Assembly (NCBI GenBank): GCA_902535625.1
Contig: CACAUA010000001.1
Span: forward strand, 2,517 to 66,516
From: an uncultured Pelagibacteraceae bacterium
Lineage (GTDB): Bacteria > Pseudomonadota > Alphaproteobacteria > Pelagibacterales > Pelagibacteraceae
Direction of reading: 5' to 3'
DNA length: 64,000 nt
Under the pieces are notes generated by a model. It was not told the origin of the DNA. It saw nothing but the letters and a program-made list of their open reading frames with translations, and ran no database searches. How positions within the stretch are numbered: position 1 is the stretch's first letter; each line of letters starts with the position of its first letter. Shown here in pieces: positions 28,478-38,429 of this stretch. The position numbers and the translations under genes are program-made.

Positions 28478-29000
28478 TTTTTTTTAATAAATTTTTTATT
28501 TCTATTAAATTATCACTCGTCAATGGACCAATATATTTTTTTATTATCTCATTTGTTTTGCCACTTATAATAAAAGTTTCAGGAACACCAATGGCTCCAA
28601 ATTCTATTGATTTTGTTCCATCATTATCGGTAATAACTTCTGAATAAGGATTTCCAAGTAAGCTTAAAAAATTTTTCGCATTCTTTGGACTGTCTTTATA
28701 ATTAATTCCAATTATATTTATGTTCATATCTTTTAATTTCATTAAAAACTGATGCTCTTCTCTACAAGGTGCACACCAAGATGCCCAAATATTTACTATT
28801 GAAGCACTATTTTTATCAAATAAGTCTGAAATATTTATTATTTCATCAGAAAATAATTTCTTTGCATTAAGTGAAAAATCTATTTTACTATTTAATTTCT
28901 CGTTAGAGTAATCTTTAGGTACGTTCAATCCCTTGAGTAAGATTATAAAAATTATTATTAAAGTTAGTAGTAATCCTAAAAATTTAATATTTTTGCTCAT
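28470..29000 (-). CDS. ccmG: Thiol:disulfide oxidoreductase CcmG/DsbE
   Basis: WASWCAPCREEH, GVPETF. Confidence 0.92.
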   Translation of the reverse strand: MSKNIKFLGLLLTLIIIFIILLKGLNVPKDYSNEKLNSKIDFSLNAKKLFSDEIINISDLFDKNSASIVNIWASWCAPCREEHQFLMKLKDMNINIIGINYKDSPKNAKNFLSLLGNPYSEVITDNDGTKSIEFGAIGVPETFIISGKTNEIIKKYIGPLTSDNLIEIKNLLKKNA

Positions 29001-30864
29001 TTTTTCTTATAACACTTAATAAACCACCAAAACCAATAAATATAGTTGAGATCCATATCCAAATCATTAAGGGTTTATATTGATATCTTACGTTATAATA
29101 ACCATCGTCTTTTAGAATATTAAATACTAAAAAATTGTCTGAGAATAATGTTGTCTTAATATCTGCTTCACTCGTAATAGTTAAAGGCTGCTGGTAAATC
29201 CTAACTTCTGGGTGTAAAGCAAAAGAGGAATTTTTATTTGTAACTTCAAAACTAGCTTTAAGAGATTTATAATTGTCCACATCTGTAACATTAACTTCTT
29301 TTAATTTTACAACTTTTTCGTTGAAAATTCTTTCATCTCCTACTTTCATATTTGAATTGAATTCATTAGAAAAAAGGCCATTCAATAAGATACTTGTAAT
29401 TAATAAACTAAAACCAAAATGTGAAATTTTTTGGCTAATCGAGGATCTACTAACAAAAAAATCTTTAATTGTTACTAATAAAAGATAGATGCTCAAAACT
29501 ATCAGAGGAATAGATAACAAAAATGAATTTTCTGTTTTTGTTAAAATGACATACGAAATAAGTAGTGAAATAAAAAAAATAATTAAAATATTATAGTTAA
29601 ACTTTTTTATTTTATCTTTAATCCATTTCAAACTTGGGCCAAAGCTCATGAATATTAAAAAAGGAATTAAGAAAGGTATTAAAAGATTATGATAAAAAGG
29701 TGGACCAACAGAAATTTTTGAACCATTTAAAACTTCAAGAAAAATTGGATAAATTGTACCAACAAGAACAACAGATAAAAAAAACATCATAAACCAGTTA
29801 TTCACTAATATTGCAGTCTCTTTACTTAAAATAAAATTCTCTTTTCCTGCGTTTGATATTTTATTCTGATTAAAAAAGAAAATTAATATAGACATCAGTA
29901 TTAAGATAAAGAGAAAACTTAATATAAATAATCCTCTTGATGGATCGTTTGCAAAAGTATGAATTGAATTTAAAATTCCAGACCTAACAAGAAAAGTACC
30001 ACTCATACTCAGTGAAAAAGTTGTAATTGACAAAATAATAGTCCACTCTTTAAACGAATTTCTTTTCTGTAATACAATTACTGTATGCAGGAGTGCTGTT
30101 AGGCAAAACCATGGCATTAATGAAACATTTTCTACAGGATCCCAAAACCAAAAACCTCCCCAGCCCAGCTCATAATATGCCCATATAGATCCTAGCAAAA
30201 TACCGATAGTTAAAAATACCCAAGATACCAAAACCCATTTTTTTATATGTCTTGCCCACTTATCTCCAATATTTCCACTAATCATTGAAGCAAGTGAAGC
30301 TGAAAAGATAATAGATGTTCCAACATAACCTAAATATAAAATTGGAGGGTGAATAGCTAAAGCAGGGTCTTGTAAAATAGGATTCAAACCTAATCCCTCG
30401 CTAGGAATTGGATAAAGCGTTTTGAATGGGTTAGAGGTTAATAAAATAAAAACTAGAAAACCTGAAATAATAATTTGTTGAAATAGTATCGTTAGAAGTT
30501 TGTATTTAGTATCTTGTGATCTTGAATTTAATAAAAAAATAAATAGAAAAATTGAAAGAACTAATAACCACAATAATAAACTTCCCTCGTGATTTCCCCA
30601 TGTGCCTGAAACTTTATAAAATAAAGGTTTTAAAGTATGAGAATTATTAAAAACAGTTTCATTACTAAAATCTGAAATTACAAAAGCTGCAACTAGACTA
30701 AAAAAACTTAGCGTAATCATTATAGTTTGTATTGAAGTAATTAAAATAAAGCTTTTATCTAAATATTTATTTTGTGAATTTGCATCCAAGTATGACTTAA
30801 AAATTAAATAAACAGATGCAATTAAAGCAAAATATAAAGAATAATTTCCTAAATAATTAGACAT
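28984..30864 (-). CDS. ccmF: Heme lyase CcmF
   Basis: WGNHEGSLLLW, HPPILY, WGGFWFWDPVEN, SIHTFA. Confidence 0.96.
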   Translation of the reverse strand: MSNYLGNYSLYFALIASVYLIFKSYLDANSQNKYLDKSFILITSIQTIMITLSFFSLVAAFVISDFSNETVFNNSHTLKPLFYKVSGTWGNHEGSLLLWLLVLSIFLFIFLLNSRSQDTKYKLLTILFQQIIISGFLVFILLTSNPFKTLYPIPSEGLGLNPILQDPALAIHPPILYLGYVGTSIIFSASLASMISGNIGDKWARHIKKWVLVSWVFLTIGILLGSIWAYYELGWGGFWFWDPVENVSLMPWFCLTALLHTVIVLQKRNSFKEWTIILSITTFSLSMSGTFLVRSGILNSIHTFANDPSRGLFILSFLFILILMSILIFFFNQNKISNAGKENFILSKETAILVNNWFMMFFLSVVLVGTIYPIFLEVLNGSKISVGPPFYHNLLIPFLIPFLIFMSFGPSLKWIKDKIKKFNYNILIIFFISLLISYVILTKTENSFLLSIPLIVLSIYLLLVTIKDFFVSRSSISQKISHFGFSLLITSILLNGLFSNEFNSNMKVGDERIFNEKVVKLKEVNVTDVDNYKSLKASFEVTNKNSSFALHPEVRIYQQPLTITSEADIKTTLFSDNFLVFNILKDDGYYNVRYQYKPLMIWIWISTIFIGFGGLLSVIRKNEQKY

Positions 30865-30869
30865 ACAAA

Positions 30870-31292
30870 TTAATTGTTTTTCATAGCTTCGCTGACTTCA
30901 GGAGGCATATAATTTTCATCATGTTTTGCTAAAATCTTGTCAGCATTTAGAAAACTTTTATCCTTTAAGAAACCTTCAGCAACTACACCCTTACCCTCTT
31001 CAAACAAATTAGGTACAGATCCATTAAAGTTGACTAATAATTCATTTTTGAAATCCGTAATTACGAAAAAAATTTCTTTCTCATTTATTTTAATAGAATT
31101 TTTTTTCACCATTCCACCAACTCTAATTTTTTGAGCATTTTTGATTTCATTAAGGTTTTTAATGTCTGTTGGAGATTTAAAATATACTACGTTTTCCTCA
31201 AGAGATTTAACCACCAAAAAAATTGTAAGAACTAACGAAATTAAAATTAAAAAAATAAAAAGGGCTCTAAATTTAACTTTTTTTCCGTACAT
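30870..31292 (-). CDS. ccmE: Heme chaperone CcmE
   Basis: [12 protein letters not shown]. Confidence 0.96.
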   Translation of the reverse strand: MYGKKVKFRALFIFLILISLVLTIFLVVKSLEENVVYFKSPTDIKNLNEIKNAQKIRVGGMVKKNSIKINEKEIFFVITDFKNELLVNFNGSVPNLFEEGKGVVAEGFLKDKSFLNADKILAKHDENYMPPEVSEAMKNN

Positions 31293-31303
31293 GTGAATTT
31301 TAG

Positions 31304-31537
31304 TTAAACTTTAGATGTAGAAGTGTTTGCTAATATTTCTCTGTACGTTTTTTGCTTAGCTACTGATGCAAGTTTCTTTTCATCTAGTGATTTATAATTT
31401 TCCTCAAATTTCTTTTTCTCTTTAATTAAGTTTAATTTTACTACCACATACAAGAAGCTAAAAGAAAGTAGAGTGAATATAAATGATGACCAAACATATA
31501 CACCATATCCATTCATATTTAGTAGTTCACTAATCAT
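31304..31537 (-). CDS. ccmD: CcmD
   Basis: [12 protein letters not shown] followed by one TM and a basic tail; lies between ccmC and ccmE. Confidence 0.85.
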   Translation of the reverse strand: MISELLNMNGYGVYVWSSFIFTLLSFSFLYVVVKLNLIKEKKKFEENYKSLDEKKLASVAKQKTYREILANTSTSKV

Positions 31538-32241
31538 AATCTATTAAGACCTTTATTTTTAATCTTTAACAGTTCTGTATTATATTTCATTAAAAATATC
31601 AAAAGTGAAAATAGAGCAAATGCCGCAGTCATTATAGCTAATGGTGTCAACATTGAAGAATGAATTGTTGTTTCTTCCAAAATTTTTACTGACGCAGGTT
31701 GGTGTAAAGTATTCCACCATTCTACTGAGAATTTTATAACTGGAATATTTATAAGACCAATAATTGCTATTATTGAGCTAATTTTTTCTGCTTTACTAGT
31801 ATCTGTCGTAATCTTCCAAGAAGTAATGAACATTAAATAAAAAATTGAAAGTAAGAGCATTGAAGTTATTCTTGCATCCCAAGCCCACCAAGTTCCCCAT
31901 GTTGGTTTTCCCCAAATTGATCCTGTAACTAAGGCTATTATGCTAAAAACAAAACCAGAAGGTGCTAAACTTTTTGTTATTAAAGAGAAATTTTTATTTT
32001 TAAAAACAAAAACTCCAAAAGAAAGAATGGAAATAAATGAAAATATTCCAAGTGATATCCAAGCTGATGGAACATGGACATACATAATCCTAACTGAGTC
32101 ACTCTGCTTATAATCCTCGGGAGAAAGAACTAAAGCTTCAACTAATCCAAGTAACAATACAATTATAAATAGCGCAAATACAAACTTTTGTATTTTATTA
32201 ATTATCTTTAAAGTATTATTTGGATTGAAATAATTAATCAT
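31534..32241 (-). CDS. ccmC: Heme exporter CcmC
   Basis: YVHVP, WGKPTWGTWWAWDAR, WWNTLHQP. Confidence 0.96.
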   Translation of the reverse strand: MINYFNPNNTLKIINKIQKFVFALFIIVLLLGLVEALVLSPEDYKQSDSVRIMYVHVPSAWISLGIFSFISILSFGVFVFKNKNFSLITKSLAPSGFVFSIIALVTGSIWGKPTWGTWWAWDARITSMLLLSIFYLMFITSWKITTDTSKAEKISSIIAIIGLINIPVIKFSVEWWNTLHQPASVKILEETTIHSSMLTPLAIMTAAFALFSLLIFLMKYNTELLKIKNKGLNRL

Positions 32242-32280
32242 AATTTTTTATAACACATAAATTTTAGATTAAAATTGTTC

Positions 32281-32343
32281 AAAATTTTCTGACCAAGAAT
32301 ACAGAGGGAGATAGAGGAAAAACAGTACTCTTGATCAGAATTA
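32281..32343 (-). ncRNA. Candidate single-hairpin small RNA with C/U-rich loop
   Basis: 16-bp stem, fully paired only on the minus strand (two G-U pairs); 22-nt loop UGUUUUUCCUCUAUCUCCCUCU; extended -10-like TGTTATAAAA just upstream. Confidence 0.55.
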
Positions 32344-32408
32344 AATATTTTATAACAAACAGATATGACAGAGATTTGGGACAATTGTGTTAAAAAATTG
32401 GCTATTGG

Positions 32409-32729
32409 TTAATTTGAAGGCTTGAAGTAGCTTGATCCACGCTTACCTGAAAAAATTTCATTAATTAGAGGGTGTTTTATAGGCTCTTCAGAGTCATCAA
32501 ATAATAGATTTTGCTCGGACACATAAGCCTCGTAAGTAATTTCGTCATTTTCTGCTAGTAAATGATAAAATGGCTGGTCCTTTCTAGGTCTCACGTTTTT
32601 TGGAATCGATTGATACCACTCTTCTGAGTTATTAAATTCAAAGTCAACATCGTAAATCACACCTCTAAAATCGAAGTGTCTATGTTTTACAACGTCTCCA
32701 ATTGAAAATTTAGCTTTTTGAGTACTCAC
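32409..32729 (-). CDS. hspQ: Heat shock protein HspQ (YccV-like)
   Basis: KFSIGDVVKH, RGVIYDVD, QPFYHLLAEN, AYVSEQNL; GTG start. Confidence 0.92.
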   Translation of the reverse strand: MSTQKAKFSIGDVVKHRHFDFRGVIYDVDFEFNNSEEWYQSIPKNVRPRKDQPFYHLLAENDEITYEAYVSEQNLLFDDSEEPIKHPLINEIFSGKRGSSYFKPSN

Positions 32730-32737
32730 GATATTAA

Positions 32738-32765
32738 ATATGGATATTTGATGAAAAAAATCAAT
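32738..32765 (-). promoter_or_regulatory. RpoH-like promoter of hspQ
   Basis: ATTGAT-16 nt-CCATAT, resembling the alphaproteobacterial heat-shock consensus. Confidence 0.45.
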
Positions 32766-32807
32766 AAAAAAAATATAAATGTTTTATTAATCTGTTAATA
32801 TGTAGCA

Positions 32808-33359
32808 GTGAATAAATCACTTCTAAAATTCATTACAGACGTTGGGCCTTTAGCTATTTTTTTCTTCTTTTATTATAACAGTGATAAAAATTTAAAAGTT
32901 GCAATACCACCTCTAATTGTCGCAACAATAATTTCTGTTCTATTGGTTTGGATACTGGAAAAAAAAGTTCCGATGGTTCCTTTGTTAGGAGGAATTTTAA
33001 TTACTCTATTTGGAGGTTTAACAATTTATTTTGATAATCCAATTTTTATTTATATGAAACCCACTATTATAAATATTTTATTTGCCTTAGCTTTATTCTT
33101 TGGAAAATACTTCACCAATGAACCAGTTTTAAAATTAATACTTGGAAAAACACTGCCAATGTCTGATGAAGGTTGGAAAATTTTGAATAACAGATGGACT
33201 TATTTTTTTATTTTTTTAGCTATATTAAATGAAATTGTTTGGAGAACTCAAACAGAGGAATTTTGGGTTAACTTTAAAGTTTGGGGAATGCTACCAATTA
33301 CATTCATCTTTACAGCATCACAAGTTGGGTTGATTAATAAACACAAATTAAATGAGTAA
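32808..33359 (+). CDS. yciB: Inner membrane protein YciB/IspZ
   Basis: D.GPL..FF, FGGLT, KPTIIN, WVNFKVWG; GTG start. Confidence 0.92.
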   Translation: MNKSLLKFITDVGPLAIFFFFYYNSDKNLKVAIPPLIVATIISVLLVWILEKKVPMVPLLGGILITLFGGLTIYFDNPIFIYMKPTIINILFALALFFGKYFTNEPVLKLILGKTLPMSDEGWKILNNRWTYFFIFLAILNEIVWRTQTEEFWVNFKVWGMLPITFIFTASQVGLINKHKLNE

Positions 33360-33687
33360 TTTAAAATTAGTAATAAATAATTCAAACAAAGAACAAAACC
33401 AAAGGTATTTTTTTGAAAAAAAAGAACTAAAAATTATATTAGACCTATATGCTAAAATGGTATCTGAAGGATCTTGGAAAGACTATGGCCTCTCAATATC
33501 AAGTAAAAGAGTAAGTTTTAGTATTTTTAAAAATGCAGCAGAAAAAGCTATCTACAACATTTGTAAAAATTTTAAACCTTCTAATAAGAATTTGAAATAT
33601 TTAATAACTGATAGAAATGGTAAAATTTTAAATAATGCTTATGATTTAGAAATACTTCTAAAAAAAACAAATTGGAAAAAACTATAG
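33352..33687 (+). CDS. DUF2794-like protein
   Basis: ELKIILDLYAKMVSEGSWKDYG, FSIFK.AAE. Confidence 0.75.
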   Translation: MSNLKLVINNSNKEQNQRYFFEKKELKIILDLYAKMVSEGSWKDYGLSISSKRVSFSIFKNAAEKAIYNICKNFKPSNKNLKYLITDRNGKILNNAYDLEILLKKTNWKKL

Positions 33688-33694
33688 TTTTTGA

Positions 33695-34453
33695 TTATCT
33701 TCTTTGACCGAACAATCTTAAAAGCATTATAAATAAATTTATAAAATCTAAGTATAATGTTAAAGCTCCCATAACAGCTTTCTTGCCAATTACTTCACCT
33801 GAATCTGATGCTGCGTACATATTCTTAATTTTTTGTGTATCGTATGCAGTTAATCCAACAAATATAAGAACTCCAATGATTGAAATAGCAAAGTACATCA
33901 TTGAAGATTTTAAGAAAATATTTACTAAAGATGCGATTATAATACCGATCAAACCCATCATTAAGAATGATCCAAATTTTGTGAGGTCTCTTTTAGTTGT
34001 GTAACCATATATACTCATAGCTCCAAATGTTGCTGAAGATATGAAAAATACTCTCGTCACACTAAGACCTGTGTAAACTAATAAAATTGATGATAGTGAC
34101 AAACCCATCAAGGCTGCAAAAATCCAAAAAGTAGTTTGAGCTTTTGAAGAACTCATTTTATTTATCCCAAAACTCATATAAAAAACAATTCCGAGAGGAG
34201 CTAACATAACCACCCATTTCAATCCTGATAGATAAATTGCATTTCCGAACTCAGTTAAAGCAACTATTGATCCACTTGCATCTGTAACTACTGACATTTT
34301 AAAAGATAGCAATGCAATTATTCCCGTTAGCAAAACTCCAGTTGCCATGTAGTTGTAAACTTTAAGCATGTAGGCTCTAAGGCCTTCATCCATCACAACA
34401 GCTTTTTTTGCTGTCGTTGATCTATTTAAGATATTGTCCCTATTGAATTCCAT
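33695..34453 (-). CDS. yccA: Bax inhibitor-1/YccA family membrane protein (likely start MEFNRD at 34453)
   Basis: DEGLRAYMLKVYNYM, GYTTKRDL, AYDTQKIK, ALTLYLDFINLF. Confidence 0.9.
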   Translation of the reverse strand: MEFNRDNILNRSTTAKKAVVMDEGLRAYMLKVYNYMATGVLLTGIIALLSFKMSVVTDASGSIVALTEFGNAIYLSGLKWVVMLAPLGIVFYMSFGINKMSSSKAQTTFWIFAALMGLSLSSILLVYTGLSVTRVFFISSATFGAMSIYGYTTKRDLTKFGSFLMMGLIGIIIASLVNIFLKSSMMYFAISIIGVLIFVGLTAYDTQKIKNMYAASDSGEVIGKKAVMGALTLYLDFINLFIMLLRLFGQRR

Positions 34454-34461
34454 AATTAAAT

Positions 34462-34490
34462 ATATAGTAATAAATTTTAAATTTTTCAAG
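34462..34490 (-). promoter_or_regulatory. Promoter of yccA-like gene (near-leaderless)
   Basis: CTTGAA-17 nt-CTATAT, ending 8 nt before the ATG at 34453. Confidence 0.6.
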
Positions 34491-34525
34491 CAGTCAAAAT
34501 ATAGGTAACAAATACTTAATATTTA

Positions 34526-35560
34526 ATGAATTATAAAAAATTAGGAACAACGAATATAGATATTAGCACGATTTGCCTCGGCACCATGACTTGGGGTGAA
34601 CAAAATAGCCAAGAAGAGGCCTTCGAACAAATGGATTTCTCACTAGAAAATGGGGTTAATTTTTGGGATACAGCAGAACTTTATGCGGTACCTCCTAAAG
34701 CTGAAACTTTTGGTCATACAGAGACGATCATTGGAAATTGGTTTGAAAAAACAAAAAAAAGAAAAGATGTGATACTTGCAACTAAAGTTTGTGGTCCTGC
34801 TAGAGATTATATTAGAAATGGTGAAAATAGTTTTGTAGGGAAGAATCTCGAAACCGCACTTCATAACAGTCTTAAAAGACTTAAAACTGATTATATAGAT
34901 TTATATCAGCTTCATTGGCCAGAAAGAAATGTAAACAATTTTGGAAGACTTGGTTATGTGCATAAAGAAAATGAATGGAATAAATTCGAAGACGTGTTGG
35001 TTGAATTACAAAAGTATATTGAGCAAGGTAAAATTAGACATGTAGGTTTATCTAATGAAACTCCTTGGGGTGTTATGAATTATCTCAAACTCTCAAAGGA
35101 AAAGAGTTTGCCAAGAATGATGTCCATACAAAATCCCTATAGTTTATTAAATAGGTCATATGAAGTTGGATTAGCCGAGGTGTCTATAAGAGAAAATATT
35201 GGCTGTTTATCTTATTCTCCTTTAGCCAGTGGTTTTTTAAGTGGTAAATATAGAAATAAGCAATTTCCAAAAGGATCTCGGATGGAAAGAGATTGGGATT
35301 TTTGGACAAGATATCGAAAACCAAATACTAACGAAGCTGTTGATGAGTATTTTAATATTAGTGAAAAATACAACATTGATATGAGTCAAATGTGTATAAA
35401 ATTTTGTGAGATACAGGATTTCATGTCTAGCGTTATTATTGGTGCAACAACAATGGAGCAGTTGAAAACAAATATAGAAAGTGTAAAAGTGAATCTTGAT
35501 AAAGAAATAATTAATGAAATTAATGAAATTCAAAAAAAATATCCAAATCCATGTCCATAA
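34526..35560 (+). CDS. tas: Aldo/keto reductase, Tas-like
   Basis: LGTMTWGEQN, DTAELY, DLYQLHWPER, GLSNETPWG, IQNPYSLLNR. Confidence 0.88.
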   Translation: MNYKKLGTTNIDISTICLGTMTWGEQNSQEEAFEQMDFSLENGVNFWDTAELYAVPPKAETFGHTETIIGNWFEKTKKRKDVILATKVCGPARDYIRNGENSFVGKNLETALHNSLKRLKTDYIDLYQLHWPERNVNNFGRLGYVHKENEWNKFEDVLVELQKYIEQGKIRHVGLSNETPWGVMNYLKLSKEKSLPRMMSIQNPYSLLNRSYEVGLAEVSIRENIGCLSYSPLASGFLSGKYRNKQFPKGSRMERDWDFWTRYRKPNTNEAVDEYFNISEKYNIDMSQMCIKFCEIQDFMSSVIIGATTMEQLKTNIESVKVNLDKEIINEINEIQKKYPNPCP

Positions 35561-36051
35561 TTTTTAAAATAATTTTTTTTATTCTCTTATTAGGATCAAC
35601 TTCTTATTCAGAAGAATTAAATAAAATAGGAACATTTAAAGACTGGGATGCAATTGTTGTTACTAATGGGGATAGTAAAGTATGTTTTGCTCAATCTAAA
35701 CCTGTTCTTCAATCTCCTAAAAAAAATGATAGAGATGCAAGATTATTTGTAACTTTTAGACCATCTGAAAAAATTAAAGACGAAGTAAGCACAACCTCAG
35801 GCTATGAATACAACAGTCAAAATTCAATTACAGCTAGCTCTGGTAAATCAAAATATAAATTTGATATAGCTCAAGATAATTTTGCATGGATTTCAAGTAA
35901 TAAAATTGAAAAAAAAGTTGTTAGCAGAATGAAAAAGGCCTCAAGATTAATGGTTACTGGATATAATAAATCTGGATCTCAAACAATTGATCATTATTCT
36001 TTGATGGGCTTCACTAAAGCATATAACGCAGCTAAAAAAAGCTGTAGTTAA
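35551..36051 (+). CDS. IalB-like (invasion-associated locus B) exported protein
   Basis: Signal peptide, F.DW...VCFA.S.P, D.YSLMGFTKAY, terminal Cys. Confidence 0.75.
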   Translation: MSIIFKIIFFILLLGSTSYSEELNKIGTFKDWDAIVVTNGDSKVCFAQSKPVLQSPKKNDRDARLFVTFRPSEKIKDEVSTTSGYEYNSQNSITASSGKSKYKFDIAQDNFAWISSNKIEKKVVSRMKKASRLMVTGYNKSGSQTIDHYSLMGFTKAYNAAKKSCS

Positions 36052-36054
36052 ATA

Positions 36055-37239
36055 ATGAAATCAAAGAAAAAGATAGTTCTTGCCTATTCTGGAGGTTTGG
36101 ACACATCAATCATATTAAAATGGTTACAGGAAAATTATGATGCAGAAGTAATTTGTTATACTGCAGATATTGGTCAAGAAATAGATAGAAATAAAATTTT
36201 CAGAAACGCAAAAAAACTTGGCGTAAAAAATATTATTATTCAAGATCTAAAAGATATTTTTGTAAAAGATTATGTTTATCCAATGATTAGGGGCCATGCA
36301 ATATATGAAGGTGTTTATTTGCTTGGAACCTCAATTGCTAGACCTTTAATAGCCAAAGATCAAATTAGAATTGCTAAAAAATTTAATGCCTATGCTGTAT
36401 CTCATGGATCAACAGGAAAAGGAAATGATCAAGTAAGATTTGAGTTAGGTTATCATTATTTTGGTCCTAAAATAAAAGTTATTGCGCCTTGGAGAATTTG
36501 GAAGCTGAAATCTAGATCAGATCTAATTAATTATGCAAAAAAAAATAAAATTGAAATACCTAAAGACAAGAAAGGAGCGCCACCTTTTTCAGTAGACGAT
36601 AATATTTTTCATACATCAACAGAAGGAAAGTTGTTAGAAAATCCAAAAAACTCTGCACCTGACTTTATCTTTCAAAGAACGGTATCTCCAGAAAAAGCAC
36701 CTAATAAATCTTCAAGTGTAAAAATAGACTTTAAAAGTGGAGATCCGATTGCAGTGAATGGGAAAAAATTATCTCCATCTAAATTGCTTGGAAAATTAAA
36801 CGACATAGCTGGAAAAAATGCTGTTGGAAGAGTTGATCTAGTAGAAAATAGATTTATCGGTATAAAATCAAGAGGTGTATACGAAACACCAGGCGGAACT
36901 TTATTAATGCACGCTCATAGGGCTATAGAGTCTGTTACACTTGATAAAGATACAATGCATAAGAAAGAAAAAATTATGCCTAGATATGCGGAACTGATTT
37001 ACAATGGATATTGGTTTTCTAAAGAGAGATTTAAATTACAAAGAATTGTTGATCTTAAGAGAAGTAAAGTTAATGGATCAGTTAAATTGAGGTTATATAA
37101 AGGGAATGTTATTATTCATTCAAGAATAACTAAAAGTTCAGCTTATTCTATGAAAAAAGTTTCATTTGAGGAAAATAAAACTTTTAATAAATCAAATGTT
37201 GAAAGATTTATTAATTTTCACAAGAAAAAATTAAAATAA
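36055..37239 (+). CDS. argG: Argininosuccinate synthase
   Basis: AYSGGLDTS, HGSTGKGNDQVRFE, GIKSRGVYETPG. Confidence 0.97.
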   Translation: MKSKKKIVLAYSGGLDTSIILKWLQENYDAEVICYTADIGQEIDRNKIFRNAKKLGVKNIIIQDLKDIFVKDYVYPMIRGHAIYEGVYLLGTSIARPLIAKDQIRIAKKFNAYAVSHGSTGKGNDQVRFELGYHYFGPKIKVIAPWRIWKLKSRSDLINYAKKNKIEIPKDKKGAPPFSVDDNIFHTSTEGKLLENPKNSAPDFIFQRTVSPEKAPNKSSSVKIDFKSGDPIAVNGKKLSPSKLLGKLNDIAGKNAVGRVDLVENRFIGIKSRGVYETPGGTLLMHAHRAIESVTLDKDTMHKKEKIMPRYAELIYNGYWFSKERFKLQRIVDLKRSKVNGSVKLRLYKGNVIIHSRITKSSAYSMKKVSFEENKTFNKSNVERFINFHKKKLK

Positions 37240-37245
37240 AATATC

Positions 37246-38388
37246 ATGAATTTTGAACCAAGTCGGGCGCAAGCCACTAATAAACTAGATAATTTTATTG
37301 AAAATAATCTTTCTGAATATTCAAGATTGAGAAATTTTGATTTTGGTCCAGATAAAAGATCAAATATATCTTGTATTTCTCCATATATATCTCATGGAAT
37401 ATTAAATGAGTTAGAAGTTATAGATAAAGCCTTAAAGAAATTTTCATTTTCTAAAAATGAAAAATTTATTCAGGAAGTTTTGTGGCGTACTTATTGGAAA
37501 GGATGGTTAGAATTAAGACCTAATGTATGGACAGATTACATAATAGAACTAAAAATTATAAGAGAAAAATACAAAGATAATAAGGATTACTTGAATGCCA
37601 TTGATGGAAACACAAATATAGAATGTTTTAATGAATGGGTTAAAGAATTAAAAGAATTTAATTACCTTCATAATCATACAAGAATGTGGTTTGCCAGTAT
37701 CTGGATTTTTACTTTAAATTTACCTTGGCAATTAGGAGCTGAATTTTTTATGAAGCATCTCTATGATGGAGATGCAGCATCTAATACATTGGGATGGAGA
37801 TGGGTTGCTGGGATACAAACACAAGGTAAGCATTATTTGGCAAGTGAATGGAATATAAAAAAATTTACTAATAACAGATTTAATAACATTAATTTAAATG
37901 AAAATGCACCACCTAAAGTTAGCGAGAAAATATACAAGGCTGTCTTAAAAGATTTTAGTAATCCAGTAAGTTTGGATGAGCAAAATTTAATTATTTTTGA
38001 TAATAATCTTTCTTTTGAGTTGACTGATTTCAAAGACCATAAATTTAAAAAGATTTATTTAGTTGATAATAATAACGACAGTAGAAATATTAAACTTAGT
38101 GAAAAAACAATGAAATTTAAGACTAATTTAATTCAGGATCAAAAAAGAAGGTTGGATGAAAAATCTTTGGATTGTGAAATTATTGATATTGGTAACCTTA
38201 AAACAATTGAGAATAGTTATTTTTTATATCCTTGTGTTGGAGAAAACTTAGATTTTTTAACTTCTCAAGGAATAAATAATATAAAATTTCTTTATCGTAA
38301 TTTAGACCGAAGTTCTTGGAAATATTGCAATAAAGGTTTTTTTAATTTCAAAAAGTATATACCAACTATAATTAAAGAATTTTTTTAA
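37246..38388 (+). CDS. Photolyase with N-terminal FAD-binding domain (NewPHL-like inverted topology)
   Basis: S.ISPYI.HG, KFIQEVLWRTYW, YLHNHTRMWFAS, DGDAASNTLGWRW, all within the first ~190 aa. Confidence 0.82.
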   Translation: MNFEPSRAQATNKLDNFIENNLSEYSRLRNFDFGPDKRSNISCISPYISHGILNELEVIDKALKKFSFSKNEKFIQEVLWRTYWKGWLELRPNVWTDYIIELKIIREKYKDNKDYLNAIDGNTNIECFNEWVKELKEFNYLHNHTRMWFASIWIFTLNLPWQLGAEFFMKHLYDGDAASNTLGWRWVAGIQTQGKHYLASEWNIKKFTNNRFNNINLNENAPPKVSEKIYKAVLKDFSNPVSLDEQNLIIFDNNLSFELTDFKDHKFKKIYLVDNNNDSRNIKLSEKTMKFKTNLIQDQKRRLDEKSLDCEIIDIGNLKTIENSYFLYPCVGENLDFLTSQGINNIKFLYRNLDRSSWKYCNKGFFNFKKYIPTIIKEFF

Positions 38389-38429
38389 AGAACTATTGTA
38401 AATTATCAAAATTATGAGATAACAATAGT

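Noticed and set aside
37246-38388. Truncated photolyase pseudogene
   Set aside because: The 380-aa frame is intact with complete FAD motifs and is explained by the inverted-topology class.
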